Assembly: GCA_038496445.1 (NCBI GenBank)
Contig: JALMLS010000487.1
Span: 1-64,000, forward strand
DNA length: 64,000 nucleotides
Direction: 5' to 3'
Source: Trichosphaerium sp. ATCC 40318
Taxonomy: Eukaryota; Protista; Tubulinea
The notes beneath the pieces are model-generated. The model did no database searches. It had not been told where the DNA came from and saw only the letters and a program-made list of their open reading frames with translations. Of the stretch, positions 24,038-37,898 are shown one piece after another. The translations under genes and the position numbers were made by a program. Within the stretch, counting starts at the first letter, position 1, and every line of letters starts with the position of its first letter.

Positions 24038-25439
24038 ACGGAGCTGTTTCAACGTAATAGTACTTATAAGGGTGCTACAAAACAAAAATCAATAAGTTGA
24101 AAGACTGCCCAAAAGTGACATATCTCAGAATTTACATTTCCAATTCACGTAAATTACATTAACCAACAACACCTCTATTATTTCAATGCTGTCGCAGCGT
24201 ACAAACTCAACTTAAGTAAGTACTACTGCGTGTACACTTTTTGAGCTATCACGTATAAAAAGAGTCAAAGGCACTGATCAGTAGCAAGCACCATGACTTT
24301 CTGATCCTACCCCTCACATAAAGGGTACATCAATAGGGTAATTTGTGTACGCTAGTGGGTTGCCTGTATGCACAGACCATCTCGAAAACTAGCTTTAGTG
24401 CTAACGGTATTTCAGGTCAAACTCACAAAATGAAAACTTCAAAAAACTACCGTTAAAGAAAAGTCATGACTTTGATTCTTGTGGAGGAAGACGTAAAGCT
24501 GCAACACACAGGAGTATTAGCTTGAACTCTGTTTAGCTTTTATTGTAGAGGTATCCCATTCGTAGGTGATAAGGGTTTACTGTTACCTCGTGCAGCTCCG
24601 TTGTGGTTTTTTAGTCTTTTCTCCATCACTCGTACTCTCTCAATACTCTTACGTGGCGTCTATACAACATAAGGTACCTTTAGTTTAATTTCTTGTGCAA
24701 CTTCTCATCTCTGATGTTTTTTCAGTAGCATCGTGCTTATCTAGACAAAGCACCCGGAGTGATCCTTCTTTAAGGCTCTCGCTCAAACCCTTGTTTGTTT
24801 TGTGAGCTATTTTGTTTGCAGGCTGCAACGCTCAAGCTGCACGTATACACAGTGCTGAGGTTGCATTGAGCGTTATTGCAAACCATAAATAGTCGTTCAA
24901 AGTGTATTCTCTTTTAAACAAGCTATATTCGCCAACAAACTCTGTAATATTTACAAGAAAGCTGCCTTTTGCGTTCGTATGCGCAAGTCAAATTGTCACT
25001 CGCATTTGAAAATGCCTACATAATATGTTGCTCATTGTTGGCAATCGCTGCATGCTAGCTCAGTTGCGTTGGATCAGTTAAAAACTGTAAAACAGCACAG
25101 TTTTGTTTTCAGTGCCTAAAACGTTTTTTTACGCGTAGAAAATGCATATTAGCAATACTCGCAAAGTTCACTCAAAAAAAAATGACAAACCGCAGAAAAA
25201 AAAGTCAACATACTGTTGAGAACACAAAAAGGACTCTGGGGTTGAGCAATACAGTATATTAATATAAAAAAGAGGTGTTATGAACCCCACACAATTATCG
25301 AAGCTGTGTTGCTTGCTAGTGTCTCTATTAGCACTTTCTGTCCTGTACGTGTACACTTTTAGCTATTTTTTTGTCACTTTGAGCGTTTGGCGTAGAAGAT
25401 CACTTTGCAGTTCTTATTACGCGTCGTTGACGTTATTGT

Positions 25440-26810
25440 AGACTCCTTGAGGAAGCGCAGTGATTGGTGACGCTTGTACCACAGATATTGGCTTGTGGTA
25501 CACCGAATTTTTGCTGTACGCAGGCATACCGTACACAAGTAAAGAGTGTACCTGTCAGCCCTTTTTTGTTTGTTAATTTTCTTATTTGTTATTCATTCGT
25601 TTCAGTCCACAACAGCCATACACCAAAGACTGTTTGAAGTATTGAACCTATCAGCAATCACAGATCCAAACAAAACGCCAGGTTCGTATTGATACACCAA
25701 ATCTTTTCCGTTACTGGTGTATTATGGTAAACTTGGAATGCAAAGATGCCGTTAATGCTATCTTGTGTGCCTTGCTTGGATTCAAGAGTCCTAATTTTTA
25801 CGTATAAACGTACTCAGATGGTCGCACTGAGAAACGTGTCAAAACATGTAGCACGTACGTAATAAGGTGTTGTGTTTGCCTCTCATACTCGGGATTATGT
25901 TTTCTTACGTTTTTGTGTTCTTAGTTTTTGCGAACTTTGTACATGTACTGTGGCGAAGCTACTGTTACCAATCCAGCAACAAACGCGACCGTTGCACCCA
26001 ACATATACTTTAAGAGTGGTAGAGATGCGTGTAAAGCAGCAAAAAGGCGACTTTGGTGTTTTCGGTAAATGGGAATTTGATGGTCACAATAAAGCAACTA
26101 TTGTCCGTCCTACAAGAAAAGTGAAACCAATTACTCAGGGTGAAACAAACGGTGTTTTTGAGTATTGTATTGATGCTCAGACAAAAGATGTTATAACAAA
26201 CTGCTCTTGGGGTTTCAATGGATCCTTTGCTGAGAGTAATATCGCTGGAAGACATTACGTTAAATCAGTGCTAGAGATGGATGTCAGTGTACATCATACA
26301 ATAAACTTACTAGGGAGTACTCAAAAGATTTCTCTTTTTCAAGAGGCTTTGACATGGCTCAGCTATTTGTATGCTTTTTTTTAACGTCTCATGTTGTCCC
26401 AAACTAACAGTTTATTACTAGATGGTTGAAGTACTCGGTACTGACATCGTTGTACTGAGTGCCCAGTCGGTAATCATGCAAATGTGACCTCATCAGCAGA
26501 GTGTCTCAAATGCCCTGCAAACACTTGCTATCCTCTGGAAACTCAGAAGTTGAGTGCGGTAAGTTGAATTACTATTAGTTTCCGGTGTACTTATACAAAA
26601 ATTAGCCGCATGTAATCCTGGATACCACCATAATTCCGCTACATCTCACATTACTCTCCATGTCCAACTGGTCCATGGAGTCCTGGTGTATGCTTTTTTT
26701 TGTTTGTTTTTTACTATCTACATACTCATTTCTTATTTTAGGGAAATGCTACTTGCTTGACCTGTGGTGTTAGCCATTACGCTCCTTACACTATGGCTCA
26801 ATAATTGGTC
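25440..26810 (+). pseudogene. Decayed Cys-rich extracellular protein (GCC2/GCC3 / ephrin-receptor-like repeats)
   Basis: CTECPVGNHANVTSSAECLKCPANTC, CNPGY, CPTGPWSP, CLTCGVSHYAP, interspersed with stops, frameshifts and relic introns. Confidence 0.5.
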
Positions 26811-27199
26811 GAACTTCCCGCTTGGTACTGAAACTCACTGTGATGGATCATGGTAGCACATGATGGCGTTTGCTTGAGGATAATATTGACTCTGGTTCTG
26901 AGCATGGATATAACGTAAACTCTGTTCTTAACATTCCAGTCAATATGTCAACTTACAGCTTTGATCTTTTGTCAATAAAGAAAGCAAAAAAGCAAGTAGA
27001 CTAGAAAGAAGAGTTAACAAGAAACAACAAAATAATGGTGAAAATAAAATAGAAATGATTAACTTCCAAGCGCCTTCATCTTCTTGCATTAAATTAGAAC
27101 ACCTACAGTACAATCCACACTCCAGTAGAATTGGATTGATAGTGAATGAAGAGTATTCAATAGCAGGCTGAAATCGGATTTTTCAATTTGACACCAACT

Positions 27200-28260
27200 T
27201 TGGAGGTGTAGATAGCACTAATAATCCAATTTGATTGGTTGAAGCTTACCAAAGAAGATAGAGAAACAGTAAAATCAGTTGTTCAAAGTGTCGTTCTCGT
27301 TATCACAATGATACTCAAATTTAGGCTTCTCAAAATGAAACAAAACCTTCTGCCTCGAACGGTGATCACTACAATCTTGGGGTCATGGCTCACGCTGTAC
27401 ACAACTTGATCAGCGAAGACTATCACTCTTATACTGTCATGGGGTAAGTTTCAGATCCACAATAATGACGGTTTCACAAAAACCAAACCTGCCTTTATCA
27501 AGTGCCCACATAGCTGATATAACTGATGCCTCTCAGAATAAACGATTGTCCTGGCCATATCAACAAAAGACGCCTTTGAAGGCTCAACGCTATAATAAAA
27601 AACTAAAAATAAATAAAAAACTGTTCTATTGTCTCGCTTTGTGTAAAGAACACAATGTTATCGGTTCGAATCTTACTATTGTGTGTAGATTTTCGTGGAG
27701 AAAACACAATCACAAAAAGAGATAACCATCCCTTTCCACGCATAGATAACACCTTTTGATTCGATTAAAGATGCTCTCCATCGATTACACATCACACATA
27801 ACGCCTGATCCAACCTTCATGATGGTGCATTCGACTCACTATTGGTTTGCACCTGACCTTAAGCACAGATTTACTCTTTTCACAGATGCATCAGACGTTG
27901 GCATTGGTGGTGTGCTCACACAGAGGTAGATTATGTAAGCACTCCACTTTTAAAACAAAATTATTTACACTCTGAAAATCGTTTTTAATGTTTGCTCGCA
28001 CAGATAATACATGGTGATGAAAAAGTCATTGATTACCACAGTAGAGTATTCCAAAGGCAGAAAATAATTAACGTGAATGTTTAGCCCATTGTAGACAGCA
28101 TCAAAAAGTTTGGATGATATGTCACTAATGGTCCTTTTACCAAAATCACAGACCCAGTCTTAAATGGTTACTGAACATCAAAAACCCGACTGGACGATAG
28201 GCTAGATGGATAATGAAACTTCAAGAACTGGATTTTGAAGTACAATATCGACCTGTTTAT
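27200..28260 (+). mobile_element. Ty3/Gypsy LTR-retrotransposon pol relic
   Basis: RT motif TKRDNHPFPRIDNLL; RNase H APDLKHRFTLFTDASDVGIGGVLTQ; WLLNIKNPTGR*ARWIMKLQELDFEVQYRP; many disruptions. Confidence 0.85.
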
Positions 28261-29769
28261 TAAAGAAATAGACGCAAGACACAGATTTCAAAAGAAGGTA
28301 CTATCTTTAAAATGGGTAGCATTCATCAGTGACATAATTATTACCTTGTAGGAGCGTTTGTATAAACGCTTCACATTGAAAATGGCAGTATCTTGTAGCA
28401 CGAAACGAAAAAATAAAGTGTTAAATAAAGACAATCACAGTGAAAAGGGTCTTGAGGTTTTGTTAGCATTGTGAAGCTAGCAAGTGATTTGACAAGATGT
28501 CGCAAAGAAATCATCAGGAAAGCGTACAGTGATAGAGCGAAACAAGTGCGAACGGTTTTTCCCAATATACAGTTTTGAAAACAAAGAAACCCTTTTGGAT
28601 GGCAACACCTATTTTCTTTGTAGTTTGCAGTAATGTAGAACGCTTTTTTTAGCGGACACAAGACCTGATAACAAAACGAATTAGTTGAGCAGTTTTACGC
28701 CAGACCCAGTAATCATTTGTTTTTTGTTGTTTGATCACATGTCGAGAAAGTTTTTTTTTGTCTTGTGTTGCTATTTTCTATCTTTCAGTGTTTTCGTTTG
28801 TAACACTTTAGATTGTCAGAGTAGGCGATGGTTATTTAAATTCAGTGTTTTTGAGCTAGAGAACCAACAACACAGCTGGTATGAAAACGGCACCAAAGAA
28901 CTCTTTGCGCACCACAGTACGCTATCTAATCTCCAAAGAACGTGTATTTTGCGTAGAAGATTAACTATGATCTTTGTAGCGACATGAACGCTTCCAAACA
29001 TTCGTTGGAGCAAACTAACATAAGACTTAGAGTCTAAACTTTAATTAATGATGTAGTATCCATTGGTGATGACATGTTCACATAGCAATCCGCCATTCAG
29101 GTTTGAATAGTTCTGACCAAGTTTAGATGTACTCCGTGTACAGCTTCGCTTTGGTTATTTGCTTCATTCGCCTACATAGTTAACATTTAATCCAAAGCAA
29201 AAGTATCGACTAACCAACAGCGCTACGCGCCTTACACTAATTGTAAAGAAACTATTTTCTTGTTTTCTTCCCAGTGTTGTTTGGACACGCACAATGTGAG
29301 GCTCCTGACTGCGCTATATATGTTTGTAAGTCAAAAAATTTGTTCATTATGCTGTTTTTTGTAACCAAGTGGAAAAATTATTTTTATTGTCGGATTCTAT
29401 GCACTGATACATGTTGCATTAGTGTGCAAAGGATCAGGACAAAAATCGATTTTTCAAGCCAGATATGAGGACTTCTTTGTGGTTTTTTTGACCCAAAAAC
29501 GAGGAACATTTACAAATTGAGTGTCAGTTTGAAAATATAAAACACGCGTATTGACATGTAGATCTGTTGTTGAAAAAATCAGAACTGAACTTGACCGTGT
29601 TTGCCACAAATGTTACAATTCCTATTTTTTTCTGTATTTTCCACCGTGAGATAAACGCACGTGTTTCGTATCATTGACAGCTCATAAAAGTACATTCTAT
29701 CGTGAAGAGTTGACTTGAGTAATGTAACTATCTGGTCTCATGCACTGTGCTGGAGATTTTGTTACCTTT

Positions 29770-30480
29770 GAGAAGTTTACCAGCAATGCATGGTGACTTT
29801 GGTAGCCTGGGTTATTGGCTTCCCTCTTACGTTGTACTGGTCTTCAACCTTGTATCAGTGTTATCTTGTATATCAGTACAAATAAAGAATGCTGTTTATG
29901 TTGGATATATGTTGCCAGGAGTGACAAGAATCAAGGTAGGTGTTTTTCTTCCTTTACTCCAATATCATATGAAGCAGCACATTGTATATTTCGCTGGACA
30001 TAACATTTAGCAAATTATAGCGTAGTCAAAATACTGTAAAGTAGCCGTCATCCACTGACTGTTCCAAAAACCAGCCATTACAATACTGTAACGCTGCCTC
30101 TTTGCTTGTTCCTTGGACCATTAATATCACTGGTAACTAAATAACGATAACGAGGTTGGTTAGGCACCTTGTTGATGAACTTGCCTTGTCTTCTTGAAGC
30201 ATCTGTACTTGGATCTTTTGCTTTTCATTTGTACTTATTATTGTCATCGCCTTTACAAGTTTGCTTGAACAACTTTGGCACTTCTCTTCATGTACAGGTT
30301 TAGAGTCATCAAACGTAAAATGCTCTGTAGAATAAACGTACTGATGTCTGTGTCTTAGTATGTTATTGGACAGACTAGTCAATATCAAATAAGAGTTGCT
30401 TCAACAATAATTATCGTATTGGTCATAGCCATGTATTTTAGACAGTTGTTTGAGTATGTTGCATTCTCTGACAGCCATGT
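29770..30480 (-). pseudogene. Third, decayed paralog of the PARP-type ART domain
   Basis: Minus-strand relics QLSKIHGYDQ, ILRHRHQY, PVILMVQGTSKEAA, LILVTPGNIYP and GKPI/PGYQSHHA match the intact paralogs. Confidence 0.8.
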
Positions 30481-30913
30481 TATCGTTTGCGTCTAGAAGA
30501 TTTAGTGTTTTATAGTGTCGTTGGCAATAGTTTACGCTAACCTACTCATAATGTTAGAATAACCGTGCGCCAGCTAGACAATAAATATGCGACTGTTTGG
30601 GAGGAAAGACAACGTCTTAGTGGCTATCATAGCGCACTGATGTTGTATGTTTGTGAAATGCCGGTAGAAGTATTCATCCATTTTTTTTTGGCTCTGTAAT
30701 ATAATCTTGTATTGTGTCTGCTCCAGGCTATTAATCATTAACTTAATTGTTCGAAAGCTTACAAAATATTTCGAACAAAACAGCCAAAAAAAAAAAAGTC
30801 TTGTCACAGATAACGTTCGTTAACAGCCTCCTGTTTAAGCCATGGTTCGAAAATTTCAGACGAATTTTTTTCGAACAACCTTGTTCGAAAAAAAAAAGGG
30901 ACCTGTTTCACCG

Positions 30914-31005
30914 CTGTCACAGCGTACAACTCAAAGTAAGTAAGCGCCACTTGTACAGTTTTTTGAGCTATCACGTGATAAAAAAGAGCCAAAAGGCACG
31001 TATCA
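30914..31005 (+). promoter_or_regulatory. Conserved upstream block with ATCACGTGAT E-box palindrome
   Basis: About 280 bp upstream of the paralog A ATG; conserved at ~58360-58448 (paralog B) and, in degenerate form, at ~24189-24279. Confidence 0.45.
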
Positions 31006-31253
31006 ACCTGTTTTTATTTCAGTTGTGCGCAAAACCGCTGTATGCGCTAGTGGAACTTGATTATTTGGTTAATTTGTTGAAGAAAAACCAAACACCAGAA
31101 ACACAAAAACAACAACACCTGTTTACTCGCGCAAGTAAATAAACGGCTTTTTTTGATTCACTTTTTTTGAGCGAACCGGTTTGGAACGCACAACTCACAA
31201 TGTTTAGGAAGAATTTCACTAATTTCAAGTATCTACGTCGGCAGTCACAGCTC

Positions 31254-34200
31254 ATGTCGAACCAGGCGAAAAAAAAGAAATTAAAAGGTATTAACAACAA
31301 GTTGTTGGATACAGAATGTTTAATATTACCTCAGAAGAATTGAAACAACTTCAAAGGAAGGTGGAGTTCAAGGATATCACAACAGGTGTGCATTTTATAT
31401 CTTAGGCAGTTCATTTACAATTTATTTTTGTAGTAAATAAACTAAAGAAAAAGCTACGTAACCAAGAGACAGCCAATAAAATTCTATGGAATTCAGGTTT
31501 GTATAAATATGGTAGTACAGATATCAACCCAAATTAGCTTGGGGTAATTTGCCAAATATTTTGTCAATGTGTTTACAGGTCAATGCAAATATCAATGTTG
31601 TAGATAATGATGGCTGGACAGCTTTACATCATGCAGGTACAGTGTTGTAAATATACAATGTACTCACACTTCTCAGCATGTTATGGACACACACATATTG
31701 TACAATTATTGTTGGATGCTAATGCAAATATCAATGTTGTAGATAATGATGGCTGCACAGCTTTATATGATGCAGGTACAGTGTTGTAAATATACAATGT
31801 ACTCACACTTCTCAGCACGGCGTGGACACACAGATATTGTACAATTGTTGTTGGATGCTAATGCAAATACCAATGCAGATAATCATGGCTGCACAGCTTT
31901 ATATGATGCAGGTACAGTGTTGTAAATATACAATGTACTCACACTTCTCAGCACGGCATGGACACACAGATATTGTACAATTGTTGTTGGATGCTGATGC
32001 AAATATCAATGTTGTAGATAATGATGGCTGGACAGCTTTACATCATGCAGGTACAGTGTTGTAAATATACAATGTACTCACACTTCTCAGCATTGTATGG
32101 ATACAGAGATATTGTACAATTGTTGTTGGGTGCTAATGCAAATACCAATGCTGCAGATAATGATGGCTGTACAGCTTTACATCATGCAGGTACATTGTTG
32201 TAAAAATCTATATATGTTGCTGGATACATCTTTTTTAAAAAGCCACTTTAATTTTTACACTTACTAGCCAAAAATGGAGACAGCAAAGTTATTAAACTAT
32301 TAATTAAATACCGTGTAAACATTGATACAATTGATAACAAAGGATGGACTCCTTTATTTTATGCAGGTGATTACACATTATTATGCTACAATGATATGGT
32401 AACACTATTATTAGCACAGCATAAACAAACCTCAACATTTCTCATTTTATCAAATGCAAGTGATGTTTTCTCACGCACCATGAGCAAACAAAGAATTGAT
32501 TTTCAAACTGTATTGATGAAGGTGGTCGATAATGATCCTGCTTACACCAATGTGTTTGAAACTCTCTTGACACACTTTCCAACTGATAAACAACAAAGCC
32601 ACAAACTATGGCTATCATATGCTTATGATACAGATAGTCCACAATGGAGGTGCAATCTTGCAAAATGGTTACAGTACTTGGTACTTCTTTTTAATATCAA
32701 CAAATGTTGACTAATCACACCTCAAGCCTACACGCCATTACTTCAAGCTTGCAATTCAAAAAGGCATTTGTGCATTAATTTGTACTTACAATCGCATATT
32801 TGTACAATCTTTGGTACAAACTTCTCACTGGTTTCAAATTATTTATCATTATGTTAATGTAGAGCTTTTGGGTTATCCGTGGAGAACTGATGGAAGGTAT
32901 TTTGTTTGATTTACCAGATTACATGTGGAGTGAAAAACAAACTGGTACTGTTGCTGAAATGTGTGCAGAAGAAGGGTGGTGTATAAACTCCATTCAACCA
33001 GATCAAGATGACGGTACATGTCTATTAGTTTTTACATTGCAATATTTATTTTTATACAGTATTTAAGGACAATTTTGTATGCACTTATTGTGACAAGCAC
33101 AAACAAGAAAAAACTGTACATACATGACATAAAACAAGTTTTTAAACTGTTTGCAGAGGTTAATTTATAATGCTACACTGAAATGTAAGAGTAATCTTTA
33201 CACTATTGAACCTATCATACCAACTACAGCACTAATATACACTACAGCAGGTACAAACATCTCTGTTGTTTTAATCATTTGACTTGTTATCAAGGATTAA
33301 ATGGTACAACACCTTGGAGGTTGAACCCACGATTGGATTATGCACATGGCTGGGATAGGTCTAATAACAAGTTGAGTTTGTTCACGTTTCTATTGTGTTT
33401 AACAACAATAAAGGGGATTTGTTGAAAAGGCAACTCACTACAGGACATTGGATATTTTCAACAAGACTGACACTGTAGCCAAAAGAGAATTAGCATTTCT
33501 CCAAGACCAATTGTCTAAAATGCATGGATATGATCAAGTCAAACTTGTATCAGCACAACTTGTTTGCAATGATGTACTACTTCAAAACTTTGGCATGTAC
33601 ACTACGATACTCAAACATAGGCACCAGTATGTTTGCCTAACACAATGTTTTAGAAAGTACTTATACTTTGTTTCTAGAGAAGTACCCAAACTATTTTGTA
33701 AAAAAGATTGGCAAGGCAATGATCGAACAAGAATTGTCGAGAAGTTGTCATCTTTGACTGTTGATGAAGAAAGCTCAACTAACAAAGGAGAGGTACTTGT
33801 TCCAATACCATTCCTTACATAATCAATTGTTCAGTTACCTGTTGTGCTAATGGTGCATGGAACGAGTGCTAACGCTGCTAAGAGTATTGTAAAAGCTGGG
33901 TTTGGAACTGCAAGTGCATTGGATGCAGGATACTATGGACAAGGAATCTACTTTACAGTACTACTAATGTCAATTAAGTATTCTCTTTCTGATATTTTAT
34001 AATAGAGCAGTATCACATATGCTTGTTCTTATGACCGTGATTCAACTAAAAAAACACTGATTTTGAGTCTAGTTACACCTGGCAACACATATCCGGTACA
34101 GACACCGGTTGTATACATTGTATTTACAACAAGACTAGGTAATAGAAAGACCTGAAGACTCCAACAACCTTATGGGAAAACCTATTAAACCAGGATATCA

Positions 34201-34942
34201 AAGTCATTATGCAGTGGTAAACAACAAGGGAGAAGCAGTAAAAGAAAATATTGATAAGTATCCGCGTGATGAGTTGGTTGTGGCTCAAGGTAATGTCTGG
34301 TAGTATAATGCATTGTATTTATTGTTTGTTTAGATGTTCAAGCTGTTGCACGTTATGTCATTAAGGTTGTAAAGAAACCAAAGAAACGGGTTCAGAAGAA
34401 AGGTAAAACACCAAACAAGAAATCAAACAAGAACACCAAGACTTCCAACACAAGTATCAACAAAGAAGTAAAAGAAAAAGATAATTCAAAATCAGAAGAT
34501 GAAAGCGAGTCAGATGACCTGATTGATGAGGACGATTTCATAACTGAACGGTATGACATACACAAAACATAACAGCATATTAATTTACTCTTAAAGAAAA
34601 TTATGGGGAGCTGCCGATCGAAATCTACCAGAACAACCAAGCATGCAAGATAAGTTTGTAACATCCTTACAAGAACAAATTGAGAAGCTAAAGCAAAAGA
34701 ACAAAACCATCCTTGAAGAATCAAACACCGTAAAAGAGAAAAATGTAAAGCTTGAGGAATCAAAGTTCAAGCAACTCAAGAGAATCACTAAAATTGAGCA
34801 AGATAATGCCAACCACAAGGAAAACAACATCAAGCAACTTGAGAGAATCACTAAACTTGAGCAAGACAACTCTAAAATGGAAGAAGCGAATTCAGCTCTA
34901 GCAGAAAAATATGCCAAACTACTTGCTGAATTGAAGCCTTGA
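31254..34942 (+). CDS. Ankyrin-repeat / PARP-type ADP-ribosyltransferase / coiled-coil protein, paralog A (4 cassette ankyrin exons)
   Basis: Continuous reading frame after removing GT-AG introns; ankyrin repeats; ART triad MVHGT, YGQGIYFT, DELVV; Lys-rich and acidic linker; coiled-coil tail. Confidence 0.88.
31637..32189 (+). repeat. Tandem array of 139-bp intron+exon units (x4)
   Basis: Identical 40-nt introns gtacagtgttgtaaatatacaatgtactcacacttctcag; exons 31677-31775, 31816-31911 (96 nt), 31952-32050, 32091-32189. Confidence 0.95.
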
Positions 34943-36467
34943 GAGCAACTTGACCTCTTAGCTGCTCTGTTGGTTGAAATTATGTTTTGTTTCCAATAAA
35001 TAATACTTTTTGTTAGTGAGTTGTGTATATTTACAGATTGCATTCCATGAATACAAGGTAACCAACTATGTCCAATAAATTATGCAAAAACAATTGTTAG
35101 TTACATGCCTAAGTACCTGCACTGCATAACACCTTTTTTGTATTCTTTCAGAGTATTTGAACACAATATAAAGAAGAAATGACGATGTGTACACCAATTA
35201 CACAATGTAGCTATTCATAAACTTGTACTTAATCGAGTAGATGTGTTATGGAAAGATACTCTAAGTTTTTGGAGCAGTCACGCCAACTCCTTAAAAGGTT
35301 TTATTGCCTAAGCGATTAGGTTTTCTAATCAATGTTATACCTCGTAACCAATAGCACTAGTTATAGATTGAAAATCGTGAAAGACCTTCTCCCAAATGGG
35401 TTTTTTTACTTGATACGAAAGACCAAAAAATATCATTGTAAACATGACGTTAAACGAGCTTGTTTGAATCCTATTTAGTCAACACCAAAAAAAAAATTAT
35501 TGGTTTTTGCACTGAAAACAGGGTACAGTGTTTTGGTTTGGTATATTTCAGTTTTCTTCTGATGAAAGGTTGCTGAAGCAGCACAATGATCTTTATTGTA
35601 TGGCCGTGTTGATAAAAATATTGAGTTGCTTTTTTTTGACCAATTTTTTCAATAAACGACCGAAGAGAAAAGGCGCACTAGAATTAAAACACAAAAATAT
35701 TCTAGGTTGAACGACGTATTTATTACCAGCAAAAGGAAAAAATACCAAAAAAAAAGGGAATCACGTGATTAAAAAAAGACTGACGTTTTCTCGTTTTTTC
35801 CCTCTCAACAACATAATTTTTCAACATACTGTATTTCGTTATTTTGAAGCCTTTTCGCTAGCTGTAATATCCATACCCTTGAAAGTGATTACGTGAAGAG
35901 TCGAGAATCAATTATAGACCAACCCACAGATGCCAAATCTTTGCGGTGAAATGGTCAAACACTGCAAAAAGGCAATACACGCGCTCTAAGCCAAGGTTCG
36001 ATACCGTAACCAGCGCGTCTGTAATGATATAATAATGATGACTCTATCCTAAATTGCAGTTAACTTGTCCTGATATTAACAGTCAAATATATCTAGGAGT
36101 ACCATCCATGTTTGGATGTCACAGAAAACTGTTGCACAAACTCTTTACTATTCATAGCTTCAAGGATTAACCGCGAAAATCTGCGAGCTATGGGAAAGCG
36201 TGAGTTTTAACGTTACAAACAAGCACTGTTTTCAGTTGCTGAAAGGATAGTACTGATGAGACAAAGGAATAGGCTAAACAGTGCATGTGATATCTCTTGC
36301 ATTCTCTAGACCATCTTCGATTTAGTAACTCTCGTTTTATCGTACTAGAAAAAGACAGTTAGAAACAAAATTTTCCTAAAGTGCAGTTAGTATTAAAAAT
36401 AAACAAGCAAGTTTGGTTTTTAAGTTTTTATTAGGGTATTTAGAAATACAACCAAAAGGTGGAGCAC

Positions 36468-37898
<1,431 letters not shown>

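Larger units (their letters stand above)
27465..35316 (+). repeat. Left arm of large inverted segmental duplication
   Basis: Collinear reverse-complement match to 53086-60578 across the Gypsy relic, promoter, exons, introns and 3' flank. The segment ~28848-30842 is found only in this arm. Confidence 0.92.

Noticed and set aside
31637-32189. CRISPR-like appearance (constant 40-bp repeat with variable spacers), here and at 56202-57721
   Set aside because: The spacers are homologous to each other and encode ankyrin repeats, the repeats have GT..AG ends, there are no cas genes, and the context is eukaryotic.
31607-32203. ORF-track peptides such as MMAGQLYIMQVQCCKYTMYSHFS
   Set aside because: Artefacts of reading through the 40-nt introns in shifting frames.
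35943-36016. tRNA/SINE-like A-box and B-box (tgaaatggtcaaac..ggttcgatacc)
   Set aside because: No convincing cloverleaf stems. A similar lone B-box near 62440-62460 is also unsupported.
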